Assembly (NCBI GenBank): GCA_964035545.1
Contig: OZ037769.1
Span: 15,282,633 to 15,346,632 of the forward strand
Source: Bugula neritina
Lineage: Eukaryota; Animalia; Bryozoa
Length of the DNA: 64,000 bases
Direction: 5' to 3'
Below, piece by piece: positions 46,275 through 60,299 of the stretch. The position numbers and the translations under genes were made by a program. Under the pieces are notes generated by a model that was not told the origin of the DNA, made no database searches, and was given only the letters and a program-made list of their open reading frames with translations. The number at the start of each line of letters is the position of its first letter. Position 1 is the stretch's first letter.

Positions 46275-49200
46275 AGACCATGTAAAACTCAGCCAATCAG
46301 CGAAGTGTACCAGGTCAATGTCTTACCATTGTAACTGATATAAAATTCTGCAAGTTCAATTGCAAAATGCATGCTTCTAAAAGCTAGTTGTGCAACTTTT
46401 TTTTCATGCATTATTTAATTTCATATCTTAAATTGATGACTCTTGAAATTATTTTTCAAAATGTCTAAATTAAGTGTTTATAAAACGCAATTAAAAATTG
46501 CATGTCTAGAAAAATGACCTGGTACACTTTTGCAACTTAAGGCCAATTATTACATAACTGCCAGCTTAGTAGTTATTTGTTGTTGCAGCTTGAATGGGTT
46601 ATTGTTTAGCATTGGAAGCTTGCAGTAAACATCTGTGAATTTGGTACATGACTTCGATTGGCTGGTTTTTGAATGGCCCTTTAGTATATGCATCTGGATG
46701 GCTGGGTAGCGTAGACTCCGCCTACATCTAGCTAATGTACAGTAGCCAATCCACAGTAGTATTACAAAATTTCTGTTTAACAAATGAAATATTCTGGTCA
46801 TTTGTTTTGTACTTTACAATAGTAAATATTCTATTCAACTAGAATTTTATTGTATGTAAGCCATGGGAACTACTAAGAGGTTAAATCAACCACCCATGCT
46901 GGTAATATTGTTACTGGCAGTAATAGCAAGTCCACACTGTATAAATATACACATAAGCTATTATGTGCAGCTTATGAATGCTGAAATGACCCCATTTCTT
47001 ACTTTCAATTTGAAAAAAATTGTATTACATATTCTGCCACTTCTGCACCAAGAATTTGTTTTCCTTTTAAATTTTGAAAATAGTAGTCAGTTTCTGCAGC
47101 AGTCAACTGCATCCACAATAAACAACGTAAGTTTTCAAATAAACTATAAATATATGAAATATTAGTGTGGAAACAATGTAATTTAGTTCTTGCTATGATG
47201 AAAAATTACAAGAATATTATATAAAAGCTAGATATAGATTTCTATAAAATGGCACAGGTAAAAATAACACATTTTTACTTCAAATTCTAAATTTCATCAG
47301 TCACCAATGGTGGCTGTAGATTACAGAGAGCACAGCAGACTATCATAATCATATTCACAAGGATAGTCAGCCCACTGAGCAAAATCCAACTCCAACCTTT
47401 CATTTGGGTTACCAACGCACTAAAGCATATAATGTAAGACGCACAAAAAACAGTGGTTTTAATGAAACATGTGAAGGAATCGAACAGAAAACGTTATCAA
47501 CAGAGTCAGCTGATATAGAGCAACAGAACTCATCTGACAGCCATCCTCATAGTCAGACTTCATCAGAAGTAACTGAGTTACCAGAATCATCAACTACTCA
47601 GAAAAAAAGATCTGCACATTCTATTGATAGATGAAAATCAAAAGTTGGAAGAAAAGGCTCAAAAAGTTCTACGTTTAAACAAAAAGCAACTATTGAAAAA
47701 CTAAAAGTTTTTAAAACTTTCACCACTACAGATGAGCAAACTAAATTCTATACTGGAATACCTACACGTTCTCTATACTATTTTTTAGCAAGGTGAAAAT
47801 TATAATTTTTTTATTGCAAAGATAGACTATGGTTTATTGCAAATAAACAATGCAAGTCTCACTATGCTAAAATTTGTACATTGATTATATTTGATGTGTA
47901 GTAAAACTGTCATTTTAATTAAATTTGTTGCAGTGTGAGTACATCATTCATACATTTTTTATTAAAGATGTTGTTTTATGTAAGATATTCATAAATACCA
48001 CAGTGGTCATCTGTATGCTTTGACTTATTTAGTTTAGGGTTTTATTTAAACAAGCAGCAGTCTTTTATTTGTGGACAAATTGACTCACTTTCTCCAGGAA
48101 AAGTAAATTGTTTTGACTTAAATTTTCCTTGGTTATCTTAAAGCTTATCAAAAGTGGCCTCCTAATCTAATTTTTAGCTGAAACTAACTCAGTGTTTAAA
48201 ACTAAAATGGTTTACACTTGTTACTAGTTTCACTTATTCACAAACATTATTAAATGCTTTTCTAGAAATAATATGGGTTTGAATTAGTTATAGTATAATT
48301 ATAAAATGAAGTAATAATTGTTTGTCAACACTATTTGTTTAAACTCATAACTTCATTCAAAGCATGTATTCATACAACTAGCTTACCATGTACTGTTGCA
48401 GTATTATGTAACACATGTTGACACACATTACATTCTGTTTGGATGGTGATATATTGGGTCAAGCCTTCAGCTAGCAGTTCTTGAACTTCATAGTTGTTGC
48501 AAAATATAACTGAAGCTACTTACCAGAGGGTAAAAACAGCTGAATGAATACAAACTAAGCACAAAATTTATTTAGCACATACATTATAATTTGAATCATA
48601 ATTTAATGTTCATTATTTATTTTCTATATTTAGATTTATATGTCTGAAGATGAAAGTTCTCACCCTCAGAAAAAAGTTAACAAGACAAGATAAACTTTTA
48701 TTGGCTTTGATGAAGCTGCATCAAGGTTTACAGTTTCAAATACTTGCTGGCCTTTTTTATATCTCTAGATTGCTAGCAAGCAAAACTTTCAAAAACACAT
48801 TAAATATTTTAGCAAGAGAACTGAACAATCTAATAGTTTTTCCAATAAGAGAGAAGCTGAACATCCCTCTGAGCTTTCAAAGCCAATATGCTACCATATA
48901 TTTATAGTTTATTTGAAAGCTTACGTTGTGGATGTTAACTGCTATAGAAACTGACTACTATTTTCAAAATTTAAAAGGAAAACAAGTTCCTGGTGCAGAA
49001 GTGGCAGAATATGTAATACAATTTTTTTCAAATTGAAAGTAAGAAATGGGGTCATTTCAGCATTCATAAGCTGCACATAATAGCTTATGTGTATATTTAT
49101 ACGGTGTGGACTTGCTATTACTGCCAGTAACAATATTACCAGCATGGGTGGTTGATTTAACCTCTTAGTAGTTCCCATGGCTTACATACAATAAAATTCT

Positions 49201-49766
49201 AGTTGAATAGAATATTTACTATTGTAAAGTACAAAACAAATGACCAGAATATTTCATTTGTTAAACAGAAATTTTGTAATACTACTGTGGATTGGCTACT
49301 GTACATTAGCTAGATGTAGGCGGAGTCTACGCTACCCAGCCATCCAGATGCATATACTAAAGGGCCATTCAAAAACCAGCCAATCGAAGTCATGTACCAA
49401 ATTCACAGATGTTTACTGCAAGCTTCCAATGCTAAACAATAACCCATTCAAGCTGCAACAACAAATAACTACTAAGCTGGCAGTTATGTAATAATTGGCC
49501 TTAAGTTGCAAAAGTGTACCAGGTCATTTTTCTAGACATGCAATTTTTAATTGCGTTTTATAAACACTTAATTTAGACATTTTGAAAAATAATTTCAAGA
49601 GTCATCAATTTAAGATATGAAATTAAATAATGCATGAAAAAAAAGTTGCACAACTAGCTTTTAGAAGCATGCATTTTGCAATTGAACTTGCAGAATTTTA
49701 TATCAGTTACAATGGTAAGACATTGACCTGGTACACTTCGCTGATTGGCTGAGTTTTACATGGTCT
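46275..49766 (+). mobile_element. ISL2EU-like (PHIS superfamily) DNA transposon, internally deleted, ~880-bp TIRs
   Basis: TIRs ~46275-47156 and ~48895-49766 (AGACCATGTAAAACTCAGCC...) with AT on both flanks. Internal remnants: THAP C-terminus (QPTEQNPTPTFHLGY), DEQTKFYTGIP, and an HTH_Tnp_4-like segment (LTRQDKLLLALMKLHQGLQFQILAGLFYIS...LIVFPIRE) at 48650-48894. No DDE domain. Confidence 0.85.
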
Positions 49767-52442
49767 ATTCTCTTTAGGCTAATATAACTTTTCACAGTCA
49801 TGCTGGCTACTAGAATCAAAGTAGTTCAGCTGCCCTCCATAAACTCTTTACAGACACTTCGGACACTTCTGCTTTTCTTTCTGAACCCCAGCTAGCCTGC
49901 CTTTGTATGCTTTTAGCATACTAGATCATATGTTTGGCTTTTCTATAAAATTTCTCCCATGGAGTTTCAACAGCCATGCAAAATAATGATACTCAAATTG
50001 GAGGAATGGGCTATTCCATGCTTTACAAGCATTATTGTATGACTCGCAAATGCAACAACTTTCTGGTTGAAATCATTATCTGTACTGCATTCTGCTGTCA
50101 TAAACAAAATCCTTAAACAACATTTTATTAGATAATTTAAAAATGATAATAATTTTAATTATATTTGTTTTGTTTGTGATTATTTTTGTGATTGTTAGCA
50201 TTTGCCTTGTGAAGATATTTCATGGAATCCACGTGTATAGCCCAATGGCCTATATATATGAGGAATGACGTTTTACTAAATCAATAAGATTATTATAATA
50301 ATTATACTTACCTTTTATGGGATGACAACTTCTATGAGATATGCCAATTTATACAAATTCCATTTATGTGCGTTGACTAAGCAACTGTGTGCAACTCTTT
50401 TGTTTATCAGTAGACTAAGAAGTTAGATACTAAAGTACTAAGCCAACCTAGATGTACCTCTCTACTTATTAGGGTTTATCAAAGTGTGACCCAAGTTTAT
50501 AGACTGGATAGATATCATTATAAATAAACAATTAATCATTACATGATGAATGGGGGCAAATTAATACAACATGGCAAGCCGAGTGACATACGATATGATA
50601 TATATCACTTGCATTCAGTGACACGATGTGCATGAATTGAGTTTCAATATTCATATAGGCCAACTATTCTAATTAAACCTGATGAAGAGAAAAAAAGAAT
50701 CTATTTCAAATAATATAAAGGCGTTCAGTTGCCTTTTGTGTACCTAAGGCTCACAAACCCACTCAATTGTTATTTTCACTGATGCATGATAAACTAAGTT
50801 ATGTGCTACTTGAGAGGAATAGGTGCAGATTATTGAGTTTAGCCTAGTTCTATCAAATATTTGTAACACTGGAAGGAAAAAAGCTGTTGCCCCCCAAATC
50901 TGAGGCCCATATGTCTGCCATGCACTAGCAAAAATCTTAGAGCAAGTGAGATGAGGATATTAAATTACAAATCCTCTCGCCAGTCATTCCGTCAAATCAG
51001 GAACTAGAAAATGAGGATAAGGAAAAGTGCTTTGTTACCTCTCTCGTTACATAAGAGAATTAACTCGTCTATTATAGAGAGTCAAATGCTCTTACTTTGC
51101 TCCGCCATTTTCACTCTGCATGTGCGTTCTGAAAGAAAGGTGGAAATGAGAGCTTTTAAAATATCTGCAGTTCTAATTGGTAAGTTACCAGGCTTTATCT
51201 TTTGCTTGAAAAAATTATCAACCCACTACTAATAAAGTATTTAATCAGCATTCTTTAAGAATGTAGTCCCTTTCAATGTTTAGCTGTTACATCAAATTTA
51301 GCTACCTATTATAAGAAATGACCTAAACTTGCTTTTTAATAAGTAATTACAACAGAACTTCTTTTTGGAAGCTTTTCTCTCTGCTAATCTGAAACAATTA
51401 ATGTTCCTATTATAAATATAAAGTAACTTCTAGTTCAGGTTTATATACAAGCAATCTGATTCTGTTATTATAGCCACACAGCTGTTGTAGGATGGGGACA
51501 TATACTTAGATGTTGTTAGTGTTTATTAAGCATTGCACGCTTATATATTCTCCACATCAGTGTTCATTATTCTAATTCTAAAAATTTAGTATATGTAAGC
51601 CAAACAGGGGGGTCTTCACTTTGGCAGCTTTGAAAGATAATAATTTTATAAATAGCACAGTAGAAAACACTACAATTATTTTTATAATAACTTTTACGCT
51701 AGTTTTAATGTTGAAATAACTCAATCCACCGGCGTATTTTACATTTTTGTTATGAAGTAAGGTAACTGAAAAAAATTCTTGCTTCTCTACTGAGAATGCT
51801 GAAGAGCTGAATAAGCGGAATGTGTATATTGTTGGTCACATGACCTACTCCATAAGGAAGTTCACTTACTCAATGGTGCTTTTGTTGCATGTGTACAGAG
51901 TCTTGAGCACTCCTTGAGTCAATAAAGGAGCTGATCTCAAGTTGCGCAAAGCGTTATAAGCGCTTAGACTCATTTTTCACCAGGAAGCCAACCTATACTA
52001 AGCCAGCTTTCTCTCTTTTATAAGTTTTATGCCAACATTTACAAGGCTGCTAATAAAGTCAAGTGCATATATTTACGTACATCCTTATCTATAAAGGTAT
52101 ACTTATCATACCTTTGTGCAGTGCAAGTAAAAGGAGTGAAACACTGCAATTCAGTAATGTTTTAAACAAAAGTATGAAGCACTTACAAAATATAAAACCA
52201 CCGTCAACCATTATCTATTACATGGCAGAGAACAAATAAAAATAAGACAATGACAAATTATGTTTCAAATTACCTCGGATCCAACTCTAGAAGGTTTATA
52301 TTCTTCATGTATGCTTTTAGCTGTGAAGATAAAAAATAATTTCTTAAATTTAGTTTAGCCAGTAACATAACTTTTTAGTGTATCTATAGCTTATTGCTTT
52401 ATAATTCTAAGAGTTTAAATTATAAAATGAAAAAACTCCCTA

Positions 52443-55400
52443 ATGGTCAATTTTATTCTTTTATCTGAAGTTGCACTTTGCCTGAATTGCTGTCTGGGAG
52501 CTAGGTCTAGAAGCAGCTACAGTAGCTACAGAAGCAGCTACAGTAGGTCTAGAAGCAGCTACAGTAGCTACAGAAGCAGTTACAGAAGCTACAGGAGCAG
52601 TTATAGAAGGTATTTTAAAGACATCAGAAAGTGATTTGACAAGTAGTGAGCTTACTTGGTTTAATATTACTAATGCGTGTGTGCGTGTGTGTGTGCGTGT
52701 GTGTGCGCGCGTGTGTATACAAAAGCTGCTGAAAAACGTTAAAAAAAACTATATAGGCATACTTAAATAAAAGATGTCACAATACAATCTTATTAAATTT
52801 CTAAGAGGAAATTGGAAAAAAAAGAATTGGATTAGAAAATCATACAATGTCAAAGAGATACATCAGTTGAAATTTAAACAACACAATTGTCCTGGCCACA
52901 ACTTAAAGTAAACTTGTCTACTCAGCCTGAGGGCCAAGTAACACAAAACCCAAACTGTTAACTCAACATATAACTGAAGCCTATATATACTGTGAGGAAC
53001 TGCACTTTATAGGACCTCATACTATGTAAAACCAACTTTTGCTTATCTTACACTGTATTCATGCAATTTTATATTCTTATTTACCCTAGTTCCTCTGTGA
53101 GGTACTCAGCAGCCTCTTCAGACAAGTACTCATACTACTACCCTCAGTACTACTACCTTGATGTACCTGAGAGCTATAGCATCTCTGGGACCACATACAA
53201 CTCTGGTAACATTTCATATTCTGTTAATATTATGTTAATATAATATTATTATGATAATATATCAATATAAAATTTGTAGGTATTACATTAACTGATTTAT
53301 TCAGATATCAAATATAAATTAGGCTATAACAGATAGTAATTTAATGCTTATATATCCCGATAACCCTGTGCTTTGTGTTATCAAATGTAAAATATATTAT
53401 GATTGTATGGCAAAATAACTCATGCATGCTTGCACAATATAAACCATGTACATGCAGATTATTAGAATTATATTTACTTCATATATTTACTTTTAATGCA
53501 AATGTTTTTGCACAAATATTGTTATTCACTGGTAATAAGATTACTTGCACCCAGGCTTTATACATGTCTAACCAACAGGGGCACATGGTAACATCTGTAA
53601 GAACTACCAGACTAATGCAAATGGAACTTCTCTGGGTGAATTTAAGTGTCCCCTTTCTTTTGAGCCGGAAGATTTTACATACTGCTGTGGGGAAAGGAGG
53701 GAAGAGTATTGCTGTGACTCATCAGGAGGGTATGTTTATATGAAAGCTTGAATATTTTACTATTTGTAGTGTTGAGTATACTCAGCAGACCGGAGGTTTG
53801 TGGTTCGAATCCCAGTGGGGGCAAAGTTTTTTGCCTTATTGAACCCCTAAAATCTACTCTGTTTGTACTTCAATTGTCTTCAAGACCAAAACCTATTCTG
53901 CTCTCAGATATTATAAGGCCTAACCCTTCATTCACACATTGCCATATCGTACACTGTAACTTGAAATATCAGCTATTTTTAATCACTGGCTTTCCATGGA
54001 ATGATCTCAGTGAGATCGATCCGTGGAAAGAAGGCAAAGATCATTGTCCATCAATCTGAGCTGGTCGCTCTGTCGAGATCAAACTCAGATCGATCTCATG
54101 TCAATAAGACCATGGAAAGACGCCAGATCGATCTGAGAAGTAGAAAAAGACTGTTCCCTAAAATGTTGTCTGCTAATAAAAATGACAACTTATTGTTAAT
54201 TACTAAGCAAAGTACTTAATAATTATGATAGCCACCTTTTCAGATGGCAAAAATTCGACTTTTAGTACAATGATTAAGAAAACTCAATTGTATAAAAATA
54301 TAGACGGTAGAAGGTGCAACAAATGGAAGCATTCAAATTGAATTTAAATGACTAGTAAAACTTGTTTCCATTAGTTATTTGCTGCGTAATTTTAAGCCGA
54401 ACAATCCTGTAAGTTTATGAATAAGCTGCAAGACAGCTAATAATTTTATATAAGCTGTCAAGCTAAAAAATTAAAATTAATTATCTTAAATTGGCCAAAT
54501 TACTTCACACTAAAAGCTTTGCTGCGTATAGTTTATAGCTGGAGTTAAATTTTAGACTACAGCAATCTTGTTTTTCAATAGCAGTATAGCTTTAATCACT
54601 CAAGTGGATGAACAAATTATACTATTAAAGTATCCTTCACTTAAGAGGAGGCAACTCCACGAGATCGATCATGGAAAAACGATTGATCTGAGAAATGTGC
54701 CCAGATCGGACCATGGAAAGCCGGTGAATGTGTCGGGCTGAAGTTTTTAACATTTGCAATCAGGTACAATATATGACACTTTATTGGACAATTATATCCA
54801 ATGAATAGAAGCAAAAGTTTTTTCGTCTAATAGGAACCTTGTTTGAATCAAGCAGTGCTTGATCCTTACCGCACTTGATCCTTAGCGCAACTGCCCTACA
54901 GGAAGCTGAGACATTTGTACAAATGACTGATATTTGCTGTTACGTAGTACTATAGAGCAAAGTGTGAAAGAGGGGTGAGCTTATCATTATCAATAACCGA
55001 AAAATATGTCAAACCTCAAAGAATATGTGAAATGTATGAAATTATTACAGAGAACTATAGATTTTATTCCAGTACATCGGTGTACTTTTAAGAGAATAGA
55101 GCAAAAACAGCTATACTTCCTTCCTTAAAGTTGTATGGAAGTCTTGGTTCTGTGACCTCAAATACTCTGTATGTTCAGGTCCTAACTATAACTGTAGCCA
55201 ACTATGTCTAATAAAATACTTTTCATTATTGATGGATTCATTTTATCTTATGTTACAGCAACTCAACACTTTGGATATTAGTGGGTGTGACTGTTCCTTT
55301 AGTGGTTATTTTTCTCTTCGTGACGCTCATGATAATCAAATGTTGCAAGATGTTTAAAAGAGGTATAACTATTATATGAAAATCAATTAACATTTTATAC

Positions 55401-55701
55401 CGATTATAGTGCAGACAACAATTTAATTAAAGCAATGTTAGATAAAGCTATACTAGAATGATCTTTGCGTAAATTTTAATAACTAATTTACTATATTTTT
55501 CTGGCAGAAAGAGAAACCCAGACCCCACCTACTCCTGGTCAAACAAATAGACCGGCTAATCCTTGCGATTATCCTATGCAAGCCGTTCTTAACCAGCAGG
55601 CTTTTAGTTCAAGGCCGTTTGAAGGGCACCTCAACACCACTTTCAACCAATATCTACCTTCAGGAGATATTGGTGACATGTTTGAAGAAAAATCTTCATA
55701 A
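52443..55701 (+). CDS. Shisa-like single-pass membrane protein (5 exons, ~243 aa) with Arg/Ser/Tyr-rich N-terminal region
   Basis: Exons 52443-52609, 53090-53205, 53579-53729, 55259-55362 and 55508-55701 in frame. Signal peptide, RSY repeats, Shisa-type Cys domain (GNICKNY...FKCP...YCCG....EYCC), TM LWILVGVTVPLVVIFLFVTLMII, juxtamembrane CC, Pro-rich tail. Confidence 0.8.
53765..53836 (+). mobile_element. Deleted copy of the 37800 tRNA-derived element
   Basis: Same leader tgtagtgttgagtWtacYcag and the same 3' end ggttcgaWtcccagtgggggcaaa. TSD TATT; absent from the paralogous intron at ~58420. Confidence 0.75.
53984..54726. mobile_element. Non-autonomous DNA transposon (CAC...GTG termini, 3-bp TSD)
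   Basis: TIR cactggctttccatgg / ccatggaaagccggtg with AAT on both flanks and subterminal agatcgatc/catggaaag repeats. Superfamily uncertain (CMC/EnSpm or PHIS). Confidence 0.8.
54740..54967 (-). mobile_element. Diverged copy of the 6444-6748 MITE
   Basis: tttgaatcaagcagtgcttgatcct and acaggaagctgagacatttgta are reverse complements of 6490-6566. Confidence 0.6.
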
Positions 55702-58239
55702 TAATTATTATAGAAGATAACTGGAACATAATTTTATTCCTTTTAAACTAACAAATCATAACCCTAAATATGTTTCTCTTTGAAGAACTCATCCTTTTAA
55801 CCAAACCTAAAAGCTGTTTTTATTTTCATATAGCTTCAATTTCATTAATACAACTTATTGAAAAAGGTTATAATTTAATATTTTGACATATTTACCGTAC
55901 AGTTCTATTACTATGTCAAAAAATATATTAAATTTCAACTATTAATATAAAATATACTATGATATATTACATGCATTGCTTAGCTTATCTTTGCATGTCT
56001 TAGTTTAGCATGTTAGATCACGTGTGGCTGACGCACAAGATTTTCCTACAAGGTTTCAACAGCTATATCCATTTATGAGTGACCTTTAAGTTGAAAGAAT
56101 AGCCATTATAATATATTTACAAGCATTCATGTATGACTTGCAAAAGCAACAATTAGTGTTTTGGTGGAACTCATTATTTTCTGAGCTTTAGAGTTCTCAA
56201 CAGAAAACTTAAACAAGCCTTTAGAATAAATGATAATAATTTTGATCATTTGTTTTGCGAGTATTTACTTTATTAGAACATGTCATGACTAACTAAGCTA
56301 CTAAGTCAATAAGATTATTATAATCCCACTGATTTCTCATGGGGTGACAACTTCTATATGATATACCAATTCATACAGAATCTTCTGCTCATCAGTAAAA
56401 AATAAAGTTGGATAAACTATAATAGACCCATCTTTGTAAACTGGATAGATACTAGTAAACCATTAATTATTATGATGAATGGGAAACATGAATACAATAG
56501 GATAAACCAAGTGGCATAAGATATGATGGAATCAAGGAGATATGATGAATTGAATATCAATAGGCCAGCTATTGTGTTTACTTTATTACAAGAGAAAGAT
56601 ATATTATATTCCATTTTACATTACTCAACGATGGGTGCCAAATCGTCTTATATATGTAAAGCTTACAAACTCACTAAATTACTGTTTTTACTGACACATG
56701 ATATCTTAAGTTATGTGCCACTTGAGAGGAATAGGTGCAGAGTATTGAGTATAGCCTAGTTCTATCAGATATTTGTAACACTGGAAAGAAAAAAGCTGTC
56801 ACGTCCCAAACCTGAGACTTGAGCTGAAATTTAGGCACAAAATTCTTCAAAAACATGTAATTTTGCTACTATCAGAAATTTTAGAGCAAACGTGAGCAGA
56901 GATTATATTGCAAGTTCTTTTATCAGCTATTCTATTCATTCAGGAACTAGAGAATGAAGATTAAAAAAACTGTTCTGTTACCTCTCTACTTACATAATAG
57001 AAACAAATTGCCTAGCTATTGTAGAAAACTAAATGCTCTCATTTTTCTTTCCCCCATATTTACGTCGTGTGTTCTGAAAGGAAGATGAAAATGAAAGCAT
57101 TAACAATATTATATGTGCTTCTAATTGGTAAGTTATCAGACTATATATACTCTTGCTTGAAAAAAGGATTAGTTTGCAATTAAAAAAGCATTTAATCAGC
57201 ATTGATATAGGTGCATGTAGTATCTTTCAATGCTTAGCTGTTATCTAACTCAGCTGCTTATAATGAAACATATGAATTAAACTTACTTATTAATAACAAA
57301 CAGCAGCAAAACTTACTTTGAAGAGTGCAGGATTTTTATTTCCGCTGAGCCCAAGAGGGTATTAATATTGCAGTGGAAGAGTGGAAATATTGCTGTAACT
57401 TCTATAGAGCAAGTTTATTTACATGCAATTACATCCAGTTATTTGAATTAAACAGAATTTGGCCGCACACTGTAGTAAAATAGAGATACACACTGCGTGT
57501 ACATCTACATTGTTAGTGTTGTACCAAGTGTTGCACATTTATATATATTCTAAGCCCTTTTCATGGCTTATGAAATTTTGTCAGAAATAGATTCGTGAGA
57601 TATGAAAGGAGCACTGTTTTAATTCTGAAAAAGAACTTTAGCATGGGGCCTAAATCTAAAAAAGGTGGTCTGTAATTTTGACCTCTTTGAAGGATTGCAG
57701 TTCTATAAATAACACAATTGAAAACACTATAAATATTCTTATGTTTTACATAACTATTAGGAGTAATTATAATATTTAGGTAGTAAATTTACTCATTCTA
57801 CATTTTATTACACAAAATATATGCACATATGTGTTCATGTGAGCAGGTGTGTATGTGTTTAGTGAGACACAAAGGGGCATTGTATTATAATTTTATAATA
57901 ATATTATACCATATGGTTTGTTTAATCAGGAATTTAAATAAGAATTGGGCTAGTACTATAGTATTTAAGTTTACACATAGTAATTTAATGCTATATTTCA
58001 ATAACTCTGTGCTTTGTGTTATCAAATGTAAAATACATCTTGAGTGTATGGTATAAGCACCGAGTAAAAAATCACTTCCTAGAGGCAAAATAACTCTTGC
58101 TTACACACTAACCAATGTGTGTGCTGATTATTAAGATATTTGTTTCACTTGAACTTACAAAGCATAATATGTTGTTGTACAAAGGTTTTTATTCACTAGT
58201 GATAAGATAACTAGCACATGCTGCGTGTCTAACCAACAG

Positions 58240-58978
58240 GGGCACAAGGTGACATCTGCCGGAAATACCAGGAGAATGGAATTGGAATCCTTAAGGGAGT
58301 GGTTAGGTGTCCCTTCTTTTTTACATGGGAAGAGTACAAGTACTGCTGTAGAGGACGTGAAGAAGAATATTTTTGCTGTGACGCTTCAGGCGGGTGTGTT
58401 TATATGAAAGCTTGAATATTTTATTATTGTACCTCTAAAAACTACTCCGTCTGTACTTGGACTGTTTTCAGAACCAAACTCTCTTCTGTAATCAAATATT
58501 ATAAAACTTTAAAAGATGATCTGTGAATTGTAAAAGAAACTTTATTGCAAAATAACCTACCAGTTTTATTCTAGTAGGCTACACCGATGTATGGAGGTCC
58601 TTTAGGAAAAAAGAGCAAAAACACCACTTCTCTTCATAAAGTTGTAAAGAAGTTTTAGTTATATAACCCTATGTACTATGCATGTTTAGGTCCTATTTGT
58701 TAATGTAACCAAATAAAATAGTTTAACTAATGATGTCACTATTGCCTTCACTATGTTACAGGATGACAGCCATCAAGGTTTCACTAGGAGTTGTCATCCT
58801 TCTGGTGATTACTATAACTGCATGTGTGGGAACCAAGTGCTACAAAATACATAAACCGAGATCACCTACTTCTCCTTAATCAGATAAACAGACTAACCCT
58901 CAGTGTTATTCAATGCAAGTCATTCTTGACCTTAGCAGGGGATATAGTTCAAGGTCGTTTGATGAACACCTCATTTAA
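58240..58978 (+). pseudogene. Shisa-like duplicate lacking exons 1-2, with fused exons 4/5 and a premature stop
   Basis: Exon 58240-58393 (GDICRKY...RCP...KYCCRG..EYFCC). The exon from 58762 encodes the TM and runs directly into exon-5 homology, with TAA at 58877-58879 and homology continuing to ~58978. Confidence 0.75.
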
Positions 58979-60299
58979 CCAATATCTTTAGGGTAATTAA
59001 AGTATGACCTAACTTCATAGACTGCATAGATAGTCTATGGTCTACTAGTAAACCATCACCCCTTCTACTTTAGGTTTATGAAATTATGACCCATCTTTAT
59101 AGACTGGATGGATACCAGTAAATCATCAACTATTATGATGAATGGGGAAACATGAATAAGCCTAGTGGCATACGATATGATAGATTCAAGGCGATGAATT
59201 GAATATCAATATCTCAATAAGCCAGCTAGTTTGTCTACTTCATAACATACATACATACATACATACATACATTTTAAAGTATTCAATAAATTGCATCTTC
59301 TTTCCCCAGCTATTCTGTTTATTCAAGAACTAGAGAATGAGGATTGCTTTTGGTTTTTTACTTCTCTACTTACATAATAGAATTAATTTGCTTATTATAG
59401 AAAGTTGAATACTTTTATTTTTATTCCCCATATTCACTGTATGTTCTGAGGGAAAGAGAAAAGTCAGAGCAGCTCAGAATTGGTGAGTTCCATTTTTTGC
59501 TTAAAATGAAGATTGACCTGAAACTAATAAAGCACTTAAACAGCATTCATAGGTGCATGCAGTATCTTGCAAATCTAGCCGTTATCTAACCCAGCTGCTT
59601 ATTATAAAACATGATTTAAACTTATTTATTGAAAGCTAACTGCAACTATTTGAAAGACTTCAGGAGTTTAATTTCTATTAGACTGAGATAATTATGAACA
59701 AGCAATTTTTGTTATCACCAAGCATTTTACTTTTAAGAAGCATCAACCAAATTTCTGTTCAAAGTAGATAAAACAATAGCTAGTACACCTACACATCTTC
59801 TAAAAGTTTAAATTCATCAAAGATCACAACTGCTCAGCTATCTCCCTCAACCTGTATACCACTATTTTCAATAAGATGATAAATTTTCTCAAAATGCGTT
59901 GAAACTTGCTGTAGTAAAAGGTAGGGCAAGCTACAAAAGCTGTTGCTTTTAAAATTAACAGTGCACATGCGCTAACTTAAAAAGTTGTGATAGTTACAAG
60001 CCTATGCAAACACCAACAGCTAGAACAGCTAACGGCTACCATTGATATGATTATTAAAATTGGTCAATTGGTCAAAAAACTTGAAATATTACTTTGCTAT
60101 TATAGGGGCCAGAATATGGCAGCAGTAAAAGAGCTACTTAGCGGATTTTTGTAAAATTTATTGTATAAAAACTATTTGAAGTATATAAAAAAATCTTGAG
60201 TATTCAAGATAACTAGATAGGCAGAATCCTAACTTTACACCATGAAAAACCAGTCATTATTCATTTACTAGAAAACATGAAGTGCAGAATCAATATAGG

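Noticed and set aside
46550-47165. 83-aa and 100-aa ORFs mirrored at 48942-49491
   Set aside because: They arise from the long TIRs and have no recognisable protein features.
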